A stretch of DNA of 64,000 nucleotides from Eledone cirrhosa. Lineage: Eukaryota. The notes beneath the pieces are model-generated. The model worked only from the letters and a program-made list of their open reading frames with translations. It was not told the origin of the DNA and ran no database searches. The translations under genes and the position numbers were made by a program. This document shows, piece by piece, positions 1 through 10,302 of this stretch (its first letter is position 1; each line of letters begins with the position of its first letter). Where the stretch lies: assembly GCA_964016885.1 (NCBI GenBank), contig OZ024742.1, positions 350,858,001 through 350,922,000 of the forward strand, written 5' to 3'.

Positions 1-1231
1 ATAAAAAAGCATATAACACATGTATATGTATGTCAACACACACATATAGATACATTAGCCGTATATAGATATAATCAACATATAACATAGTACAATTGAG
101 TATATAAAATACAAAAGGATTATATTTTTGGAAATATAATTATATCAATATAACTTAAAAAGCAAACAAATTCTACAAATATCAAAATACTAAAATATCC
201 CAAAATATTATAGAATATTTTAAGTTAAAATAATGTTTAATATATTTAGTATAGAAATTAATCTTACGTATATTTTAATCAAGATATTGAAAGGACAAAC
301 TTTTGAAAATTATGAGAAGCTATCAGAATAAAAAATAAATCTAATAAAAATTATGAGAGGCTATCAGAATAAAAACAAATCTAATAAAAAAAAAAAAATA
401 AAAAAAAAATAAAATGAATCTAATAAAGAAATAAATAAAATGAATCTAATAAAAAATAAATCTAATAAAAAATAAAATATTATATCAATATAACTTAAAA
501 AGCAGGGATTCTACAGATATCAAAACATTAGAAAAAAAAAAAAATTTTTTTTTTAATTTTTAAAAATTCTTAAAAAATCTTTAGAAAACATTTCAAAAAA
601 TAAAAAATAATCTTTAAAATTTAAAAAAAATTTTAAATCTTAAAAAATTTTAAAAACTCTTAAAATATAGAATATTTTAAGCTAAAATAATATGTTTAGT
701 ATAGAAATTTATCTTACGTATATTTTATTCAAGATATTGAAAGGATAAACTTTTCTAGAATAGATTATTATATTTATAATTATATTTATGAAGAAAATTT
801 ATACTTGGGTACTTAACCAAAGAAAATGAAAAAAGGTGAAGGAATCTAATGATTTATCGACAGGTTACATACATTAACTAAATTACTTAATTAATTAAAC
901 TACATTTTAAATTTATATTTATATTTAAACGTTGAGTTCAATCTATGTCTGCAGCAACTGAATAAATTATTCCTTAAATTAAGGGAATTTTTGGTCTGAT
1001 ATCTCCCCGTTATTTTTCTTCTGTTCTCTTTTCTTTTTATTTTCTTCTTTTTCTTTATCTATCCCTCCCTTTCTTTTCTCCACGTTTCTCTCTCTCTCTC
1101 CATCTTTTTACTTACTCTTAACACTATGACTTACTAAAGTAAAGAAAACACTATCCTGATGGCCTCCAAAAACAACGGTCAATTTATAAAAGGAGTACGT
1201 CAATGTCTATATATAAAACTGTTATATATTG

Positions 1232-1296
1232 TATTTTGTCTGATGAAGGCATGCCATAATGTAACTTGGTATCCTTGAAATATATATAATGAAATA
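1232..1296 (+). ncRNA. Type I minimal hammerhead ribozyme (PLE pLTR-type remnant)
   Basis: Stem I tattttgt/atgaaata, core CTGATGA (1240-1246), stem II aggcatgcc...ggtatcctt, GAAA (1277-1280), tatata-TA. AATAAA and (TA)n follow. Homologous copy at 62362-62426 (-). Confidence 0.7.
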
Positions 1297-1674
1297 AATA
1301 TGGTTTTATAAATATAGTTTCCATTTATTAATATCGTATATATATATATATATATATCTATATATGTATATATGTGTGTGTCCGCATGTATCTGTGTGTT
1401 TCTAAATGTATTAATAACTCCCTCTGGTCGAGCAATCTTTGAAGTGTGGGGACAACTGGAAAGCTTCCATTACTCATACTTCTCGCCTTCTTCACTACCT
1501 CTTCTACGGCCTCGATATGAATACCCCCTCCGCCTCCGTGGTATTTTTTTCGTGGTTATAAGAGGCTTAGCTCTGTTTCTCGACCGTTATATCGCGTGAC
1601 TATCTCCCCCTCCGCCTTTTGGGATTCTTTCTCACGTCGTGTAGACGCGTTCTTGAGACTAGTAAAATGAGGTA

Positions 1675-1762
1675 TCCTCTTGATAAGTCGGCAGACCTCG
1701 CAAGGACTCTATATCTTTGATATATTGTTTTTGTTTATGCCACGAAACTACGTAGTCGAGGA
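1675..1762 (+). ncRNA. Type I hammerhead ribozyme, U3-A8 core variant (unit 1)
   Basis: tcctc-TTGATAA-gtcggca...tgccac-GAAAC-tacgta-GTC-gagga. Palindromic stem III ACTACGTAGT. Predicted cleavage after C1757. Confidence 0.8.
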
Positions 1763-2265
1763 ATTTAGGAACAGTTTAGGTATGATACATTTTATTACTA
1801 ATTATATCTAAATGTTTCTTCTCTCTTCATAATGTATTTTTAACTCTGATACTGGTTCAGTCTGGTTCAAACTGAATTGGTCTGTCCCAGTCATTCATTG
1901 AGCAACATCGGTGAAGTTGGCACCCTTAACTCACAGTTGGGTGCGGATGCATTCATGTATATATGTGTGTGTCCGCATGTATCTGTCTGTTTCTAAATGT
2001 ATTAATAACTCCCTCTGGTCGAGCAATCTTTGAAGTGTGGGGACAACTGGAAAGCTTCCATTACTCATACTTCTCGCCTTCTTCACTACCTCTTCTACGG
2101 CCTCGATATGAATACCCCCTCCGCCTCCGTGGTATTTTTTTCGTGGTTATAAGAGGCTTAGCTCTGTTTCTCGACCGTTATATCGCGTGACTATCTCCCC
2201 CTCCGCCTTTTGGGATTCTTTCTCACGTCGTGTAGACGCGTTCTTGAGACTAGTAAAATGAGGTA

Positions 2266-2353
2266 TCCTCTTGATAAGTCGGCAGACCTCGCAAGGACTC
2301 TATATCTTTGATATATTGTTTTTGTTTATGCCACGAAACTACGTAGTCGAGGA
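2266..2353 (+). ncRNA. Type I hammerhead ribozyme (unit 2)
   Basis: Same sequence as 1675-1762; predicted cleavage after 2348. Confidence 0.8.
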
Positions 2354-2856
2354 ATTTAGGAACAGTTTAGGTATGATACATTTTATTACTAATTATATCT
2401 AAATGTTTCTTCTCTCTTCATAATGTATTTTTAACTCTGATACTGGTTCAGTCTGGTTCAAACTGAATTGGTCTGTCCCAGTCATTCATTGAGCAACATC
2501 GGTGAAGTTGGCACCCTTAACTCACAGTTGGGTGCGGATGCATTCATGTATATATGTGTGTGTCCGCATGTATCTGTGTGTTTCTAAATGTATTAATAAC
2601 TCCCTCTGGTCGAGCAATCTTTGAAGTGTGGGGACAACTGGAAAGCTTCCATTACTCATACTTCTCGCCTTCTTCACTACCTCTTCTACGGCCTCGATAT
2701 GAATACCCCCTCCGCCTCCGTGGTATTTTTTTCGTGGTTATAAGAGGCTTAGCTCTGTTTCTCGACCGTTATATCGCGTGACTATCTCCCCCTCCGCCTT
2801 TTGGGATTCTTTCTCACGTCGTGTAGACGCGTTCTTGAGACTAGTAAAATGAGGTA

Positions 2857-2944
2857 TCCTCTTGATAAGTCGGCAGACCTCGCAAGGACTCTATATCTTT
2901 GATATATTGTTTTTGTTTATGCCACGAAACTACGTAGTCGAGGA
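2857..2944 (+). ncRNA. Type I hammerhead ribozyme (unit 3)
   Basis: Same sequence as 1675-1762; predicted cleavage after 2939. Confidence 0.8.
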
Positions 2945-3024
2945 ATTTAGGAACAGTTTAGGTATGATACATTTTATTACTAATTATATCTAAATGTTTC
3001 TTCTCTCTTCATAATGTATATATC

Positions 3025-3057
<33 letters not shown>

Positions 3058-3598
3058 GAAGATATCTGTGTGTCTGTTTCCAAAGTACCCAACGGTTGTT
3101 TTTCAAATTTTACACGTGTAATAAATATGACCCCGGAAGTATTTTGAGCAAAAAGAAATTTCAAATTATTCTGTCCTAGGGATCAAATTAGTGAAGTGAC
3201 CAATGTCTGTACATAATGAGGGAGTGAGAGGGGAGAGAAAGAAACGGTGATGCGAAGTGACGAAGTGGCTTTTTTTCTCCTCTTCCTCCTTCTCCCATTC
3301 GTCACATCGTTTTTCGATAGAATGTAAGTTACAAAGAGAGAGAGAGAGAGAGTGAGAGTGAAAGAAAGGGACAGACTACAAGAGGGGGATAGCGGGAGGG
3401 AGAGAGAGAGTTAAAGACGCTGTCTTTTGATACTGTCAAAGATACATGACGTATAACTATTAACATGTGTGCGTGTTTGTGTGTGTGTGTGTGTGAGCGT
3501 TCCAATAAGAGTAAAATCAATTAACATGTGAGTGTGTGTATGTGCACATATGCGTGTGTGAGTTTGCCATATGTATATGTATCTGTATCTGTATACAA

Positions 3599-3636
<38 letters not shown>

Positions 3637-3918
3637 TAAATCATGTCTATAGAATCAATCAGATATTAAAATATATACTATTTCTTCTTCTAATTAGCAT
3701 AATTAACCATATACATAATCAAATCTAGCAAGCTTTAAGAATAAATTTTCTTACGGGGAAATTCTGACAAACAATTGATTGTAGCCTCTTCGCGGCAGCT
3801 CCGTTCCACTATTTATCAAACATTTCGGCAGCATGCAGAATCCGATCAAATATACCATCAACCGCACATAATTAGTAGTAAAATTAAACTTAGAAGAAAT
3901 GCGCACATACCGTAATTA

Positions 3919-3998
3919 TATCTCTACCATGGTTTCTTCCTTATTTAGGACATCCAAATAATTTGGATTTATCCTGAGTTAGGAATCATCAGGAGACA
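3919..3998 (-). ncRNA. Type I hammerhead ribozyme (675-bp unit, minus copy, intact core)
   Basis: Reverse complement: tgtctc-CTGATGA-ttcct...aggaa-GAAAC-catg-GTA-gagata. Confidence 0.85.
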
Positions 3999-4944
3999 AA
4001 CTCAGAATCAGACATTTAATTTCTCAAACCGACCGCGCCAAATTTAGATTCAAAAATGGCTAAGATCGCTATGTAGCTGTGTACCAGCCAGAGAGAAAGC
4101 GTGTGATTGGTTGCTTATGGCGGGTAGGCTTGCTGCTAGAAAGCGCAGCCATATATCGCCAAATTTAATGTCAACCAATAGGGAGATTATTAAATATAAA
4201 GGTTATCATATACATAAAATTAAATTAAAGATATATATGTTGCAACTGTTCACTTTTAAGCTCAATGAAGAATTAATAAATTAAAATAAAAAAATCAGAG
4301 CATTATATCATAAATCATGTCTATAGAATCAATCAGATATTAAAATATATACTATTTCTTCTTCTAATTAGCATAATTAACCATATACATAATCAAATCT
4401 AGCAAGCTTTAAGAATAAATTTTCTTACGGGGAAATCTCTGACAAACAATTGATCGTAGCCTCTTCGCGGCAGCTCCGTTCCACTATTTATCAAACATTT
4501 CGGCAGCATGCCGTAAGAAAATTTATTCTTAAAGCTTGCTAGATTTGATTATGTATATGGTTAATTGTGATAATTAGAAGAAGAAATAGTATATATTTTA
4601 ATATCTGATTGATTCTATAGACATGATTTATGATATAATGCTCTGATTTTTTGATTTTAATTTATTAATTCTTCATTGAGCTTAAAAGTGAACAGTTGCA
4701 ACACATATATATCTTTAATTTAATTTTATGTATATGATAACCTTTATATTTAATAATCTCCCTATTGGTTGAGATTAAATTTGGCGATATATGGCTGCGC
4801 TTTCTAGCAGCAAGCCTACCCGCCGTAAGCAACCAATCACACGCTTTCTCTCTGGCTGGTACACAGCTACATAGCGATCATAACCATTTTTGAAGCTAAA
4901 TTTGGCGCGGTCGGTTTGAGAAATTAAATGTCTGATTCTGAGTT

Positions 4945-5024
4945 TGTCTCCTGATGATTCCTAACTCAGGATAAATCCATATTATTTGGATGTCCTAAAT
5001 AAGGAAGAAACCATGGTAGAGATA
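4945..5024 (+). ncRNA. Type I hammerhead ribozyme (675-bp unit, canonical core)
   Basis: Stem I tgtctc/gagata, CTGATGA (4951-4957), stem II ttcct/aggaa extended by agga/tcct and atcca/tggat, GAAAC-catg-GTA. Predicted cleavage after 5018. Confidence 0.87.
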
Positions 5025-5617
5025 TAATTACGGTATGTGCGCATTTCTTCTAAGTTTAATTTTACTACTAATTATGTGCGGTTGATGGTATATTTGATCG
5101 GATTCTGCATGCTGCCGAAATGTTTGATAAATAGTGGAACGGAGCTGCCGCGAAGGCTACGATCAATTGTTTGTCAGAGATTTCCCCGTAAGAAAATTTA
5201 TTCTTAAAGCTTGCTAGATTTGATTATGTATATGGTTAATTATGCTAATTAGAAGAAGAAATAGTATATATTTTAATATCTGATTGATTCTATAGACATG
5301 ATTTATGATATAATGCTCTGATTTTTTTATTTTAATTTATTAATTCTTCATTGAGCTTAAAAGTGAACAGTTGCAACATATATATCTTTAATTTAATTTT
5401 ATGTATATGATAACCTTTATATTTAATAATCTCCCTATTGGTTGAGATTAAATTTGGCGATATATGGCTGCGCTTTCTAGCAGCAAGCCTACCCGCCGTA
5501 AGCAACCAATCACACGCTTTCTCTCTGGCTGGTACACAGCTACATAGCGATCATAACCATTTTTGAATCTAAATTTGGCGCGGTCGGTTTGAGAAATTAA
5601 ATGTCTGATTCTGAGTT

Positions 5618-5697
5618 TGTCTCCTGATGTTTCTTAACTCAGGATAAATCCATATTATTTGGATGTCCTAAATAAGGAAGAAACCATGGTAGAGATA
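5618..5697 (+). ncRNA. Hammerhead ribozyme copy with mutated core (CTGATGT)
   Basis: Same as 4945-5024 but A9>T and a stem II substitution; probably impaired. Confidence 0.7.
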
Positions 5698-6069
5698 TAA
5701 TTACGGTATGTGCGCATTTCTTCTAAGTTTAATTTTACTACTAATTATGTGCGGTTGATGGTATATTTGATCGGATTCTGCATGCTGCCGAAATGTTTGA
5801 TAAATAGTGGAACGGAGCTGCCGCGAAGAGGCTACGATCAATTGTTTGTCAGAGATTTCCCCGTAAGAAAATTTATTCTTAAAGCTTGCTAGATTTGATT
5901 ATGTATATGGTTAATTATGCTAATTAGAAGAAGAAATAGTATATATTTTAATATCTGATTGATTCTATAGACATGATTTATGATATAATGCTCTGATTTT
6001 TTTATTTTAATTTATTAATTCTTCATTGAGCTTAAAAGTGAACAGTTGCAACACATGTATATGATAACC

Positions 6070-6129
<60 letters not shown>

Positions 6130-6262
6130 ATTATTATTATATATATTTATATACATGTGTATATGTAGTCTGCTTCCCTTATGAGTTAGCGGTCTCTTTC
6201 TCTTTCTCTTAGTCTCTCTCTTTTTAGATAGATACATAGATATGACGTCGCGCCTTCATAAT

Positions 6263-6376
6263 TGTTTCTAGTTTAGGCACAAGGCCAGCAATTACCCAGT
6301 TCATTACTGGTACTTTATTTTATCGACCCCGTAAGGATGAAAGGCAAAGTCAACCTCGGCGGGATTTGAACTCAGA
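6263..6376 (-). mobile_element. 5'-truncated SINE with 15-bp TSD
   Basis: Matches the SINE 3' half; tcgcgccttcataat at 6248-6262 and 6377-6391. Confidence 0.85.
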
Positions 6377-6934
6377 TCGCGCCTTCATAATATCTGTCTG
6401 TATGCCTGACTGTCTGCATTACGTCATTATGACGAGATCAGTGTGTGTGTGTATATATATTCTTATGCCAGGGAACGTCTTCACGAACCAAATTATCGTC
6501 TTCCTGTTTTCCAGATTGATTTTTTTAGTTTAAGAAGATCCCGTTAAGGTTGAAAGCAGCGATTCTTTGCTTAAACATTAATATGTTATTTTAATATAGA
6601 TATTCGTGTACAGATATTTTTGCATACACAAAAACAAAATATAAACAAACAAGGCCAAATATTACATCAATTAGTCTTAGTGTTTGTACTTCATACTGCT
6701 TTTAGGTAGAATATCCCGTTAAGGGTGAAAGCAGTGATTCTTTGCTTAAACTTTAGTCTGTTATTTTAATATATATATATATATAATTATATATTTATGG
6801 ACAGATATTTTTGCATACACAATAACAAAATATAAACAAACGTATTTATTTCACGAGGTTCGATAAGGATAAATATATATCAAATATATAGCACCCTATA
6901 GCAAATCCTGAGCAACGCCGGGCCATTCTGTTAG

Positions 6935-7560
6935 TATTTATTAAAATAACAGATTAAAGTTTAAGCAAAGAATCGCTGCTTTCACCCTTAACGGGATCTT
7001 CTGAAACTAACAAAGTCAATCTGTAAACGCGGAAGTGAATATTTCAAAAAAACGTAGCAACCGGAGGAAGACAGAAAGTCGATAATTTGGTTCGTGGAAA
7101 CGTTGCCTGGCAAAGAACGGGAAAAACGAATATAATACGTCATTATTTGGAGCGGTGGATTGGCAGTATCGGTAGAGGGTCGGACGCCATGCTTTGACGC
7201 ATAGAGTTACGGCCCTTGCCATTCTGAGTTCAAATCCCGCCGAGGTTAACTTTGCCTTTCATCCTTACGGGGTCGATAAAATAAAGTACCAGTAATACAC
7301 TGGGTAATTGCTGGCCTTGTGCCAAAAGTAGAAACAATTATTTGGAGCGGTGAAAAACAATTACACGCAAAGACAGAACCACGTTTATGGTATAAAAGAA
7401 GTCGTAGACTAATATTCTCTTAGGTGGTTCATAGAAACGTTCTCTGGCAATGAACGGAAAAAAACGAAGATAATACGTCATATGTGGAGCGTGGAGAACA
7501 ATTACACGCAAAGACAAAACCACGTAAATGGTATAACTGAAGTCGTAGACTAAAATCATA
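6935..7560 (-). repeat. Dispersed unclassified repeat (host of the SINE); second copy at ~42473-42856 (+), fragments at ~6470-6770, 27580-27725, 42965-43030, 43217-43350
   Basis: Shared terminus gatcccgttaagggtgaaagcagcgattctttgcttaaactttaatctgttattttaata, with a degenerate HHR-like CAGAAGA-tccc/gggt-GAAA. Confidence 0.75.
7158..7336 (+). mobile_element. tRNA-like SINE with 16-bp TSD
   Basis: A-box-like tggcagtatcggt and B-box-like gagttcaaatcc. TSD attatttggagcggtg at 7142-7157 and 7337-7352. Empty site present in the host repeat copy near 42635-42655. Confidence 0.9.
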
Positions 7561-7797
7561 ACTAGGAAACCGAATGATTCTCAGCTTCAGATTTAAGAAT
7601 AAAGTAAATAAAATACAGAGGTAATTGAAATTAAAATAAATACATACACGCATCCATATACGTACATACACACGCATACGCGAAAACACTCGCCATAAGT
7701 ATACAAATACACGCACATATAAAAATAAATAAATACGTATATAACAATCGCACACAAAGAGCCCCCTTTGGATTTTAGTCTTCATATTTATTATTAT

Positions 7798-7906
<109 letters not shown>

Positions 7907-7961
7907 GTGAGGTTTCTTTTACGAAATGAAAAATAACTGAGGTGTCCTACACGAGTGAAAG

Positions 7962-8233
7962 TATAAAGAAAAAAAGATGAAATCGAAAATGGAACTGGAG
8001 TCTTATTTTTTTTTTAAATATATATATTTACTTGGTTCCTTTACCGGTTTCGCAGTTCTTCTGCTTTTCAAAAGTAGAGTTGAGATGTAAGAAAAACCAC
8101 AGACCCTCCATCTCAACTCTACTTTTGAAAAGCAGAAGAACTGCGATACCGGTAAAGGAATCAAATAAATATATATATTTCAAAAAAAAATAAGACTATA
8201 GTTGCATTTTCGATTTCATCTTTTTTTCTTTAT
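7962..8233. repeat. Inverted repeat (~125-bp arms, ~21-bp spacer) with an HHR motif in each arm
   Basis: Arms 7962-8087 and 8109-8233 are reverse complements; third degenerate copy at ~31921-31980. Confidence 0.9.
8039..8074 (-). ncRNA. Minimal type I hammerhead, U3-A8 variant
   Basis: Reverse complement: ctt-TTGAAAA-gcag aagaa ctgc-GAAAC-cg-GTA-aag. The plus-arm copy has GATAC instead of GAAAC. Confidence 0.65.
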
Positions 8234-9320
8234 ATATATATATATATATTATTGTAGATTAGACGTATTCTGAACAGATGATAAATTATTGATCAATAAA
8301 TTGCACGGTAGGAGTTCAATGAAGGAGAATTCGTTATTTCGTATTGCTTGAAATGTTTGTGTCACAATTAGGACACGTATCTGTGTTTTACTATGTCTTT
8401 TATTGCATTTTAGTGGTGCTTTGCTATCACCAAATATTAGTTCTTTCTATGTAGGTTAATTGTCTTATTTATGTAATGTGTAATGAGTTCGAATGTTTCT
8501 TTAATTATTTAATCTTTGTTTTACCTTTGTAATATCTGTACTTGAAGATTCCAATGAATTATAGTAGTTGGAATAATTCCATTTCAAGTGAGATTGTGAA
8601 TGTACTATGCTTTATCAATGTATGCTAATATTGTGTGCATTATATTGGCAGTATCGATAGAGGGTCGGACGCCATGCTTTGCAGCATAGTTACGCCCCTT
8701 TACAGCCTGATTTCAAATCCCGCCAGTCATTATTCTGTTCTCTCAACATATATTTAATCAAACCATACAGATTCTGCCTATTAGTGTCAGAAAAGTATAA
8801 AATAAAAAGCATAAGGCAAAGAGAAAGTGAGGAATTAGGAAATGATGTAATCCTGTACACCGACAAATGAATGGCATCATAATTTATATATTCTCTACGT
8901 GAGAAGTAAATAAGTTTACCATGCTCAGGTCAACTGAAGTATAACATATGTCTTTGATTATGACTGTAAGTGCAGTGTGGACATGGTTTGTCTATATCTC
9001 TGTGTGGAGCTAATTTAATCATGCTTCTGCTTATTAAGCTAGATGTTAATTCAAATACATTTTTGGATATTCATTTGTGTTAATCACACAGAGCTCAGTG
9101 TGTATCTTTTGTCGATTGTGTCTGTTAAGATATGTGGCTGGATGTTAATGACAATATTTACTGAAAGTACACTTTACTAACGATGGTGAAGCAGCACAAC
9201 ACATCTTATATATATAACCGAATTGTGTAGACACTCGCAAATAGAGGTGGTTATAGTATGAGGAATAAAATATGAAAGAAACAAATCTATAGATCATTCG
9301 CCATCCTTTCCCTCTATAAA

Positions 9321-9600
<280 letters not shown>

Positions 9601-9803
9601 AAGGTTTAGCAAATAGTGAAAAAGTTTCAAAATAAATTTTAAAAATAAATTTTATATACAACCAACATAAACTCAAAATCTCTATATATATATATATATA
9701 TATATAGATTTTGAGTTTATGTTGATTGTATACCAACACCTCAGTATGCAGGCTGGAGCACTCGACGAAGTGCGGAGGTTGGTTTGGTTACTCCGGAGTA
9801 GTG

Positions 9804-10238
9804 TAAAATAAAGTTAAATAAAAGTCAAATGATTAAAATTTAGCTTCGTTTATTACTGCTATATATATTTCAGTGACAGCCATCTATGGCTGTGACCTCT
9901 TCAGGCAGTTTGAATTAGTATGGTATAGACAAGTACATATGTTGTTTAGGTGTATAATATTGTCAATACTCTGATATGCCCAGTTCCTTGTTGGGTTGTT
10001 AATTCACTGAGGAACTGGAGTCATATGACTCCAGTTCCTCAGTGAATTAACAACCCTACAAGGAACTGGGCATATCAGAGTATTGACAATATTATACACC
10101 TAAACAACATATGTACTTGTCTATACCATACTAATTCAAACTGCCTGAAGAGGTCACAGCCATAGATGGCTGTCACTGAAATATATATAGCAGTAATAAA
10201 CGAAGCTAAATTTTAATCATTTGACTTTTATTTAACTT

Positions 10239-10245
<7 letters not shown>
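9804..10245. repeat. Near-perfect spacerless palindrome (221-bp arms)
   Basis: Centre gagtcat|atgactc at 10024/10025; one visible mismatch. Right end runs into (TA)n. Confidence 0.95.
10140..10194 (+). ncRNA. Type I hammerhead ribozyme (mirror copy at 9855-9909 on -)
   Basis: actgc-CTGAAGA-ggtcacagccat ag atggctgtcact-GAAA-tatata-TA-gcagt, then AATAAA. Confidence 0.85.

Positions 10246-10297
<52 letters not shown>

Positions 10298-10302
<5 letters not shown>

Larger units (their letters stand above)
1364..3019 (+). repeat. Tandem array of a 591-bp unit (2.8 copies), one hammerhead per unit; retrozyme-like
   Basis: Units start at 1364, 1955 and 2546 and are almost identical. Flanked by (TA)n on both sides. 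Confidence 0.95.
3632..6078. repeat. Tandem plus inverted array of a ~675-bp hammerhead-containing unit (about 1.3 copies on -, about 2.3 copies on +, head-to-head at ~4511)
   Basis: atcataaatcatgtc at 3632 and 4307; ccgtaagaaaattt at 4511, 5186 and 5861. Right part is the reverse complement of the left. Both outer ends run into (TA)n. Confidence 0.93.

Noticed and set aside
137-753. Local duplication in very AT-rich sequence (~137-304 versus ~477-753)
   Set aside because: Low-complexity duplication with no functional signal.
1372-1599. 75-aa ORF repeated three times
   Set aside because: Repetition follows from the DNA tandem array; it starts in a TA/TG tract and has no recognisable motifs.
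8843-8938. Possible C/D snoRNA (aatgatg...ctga)
   Set aside because: Boxes are imperfect, with no terminal stem or recognisable guide.
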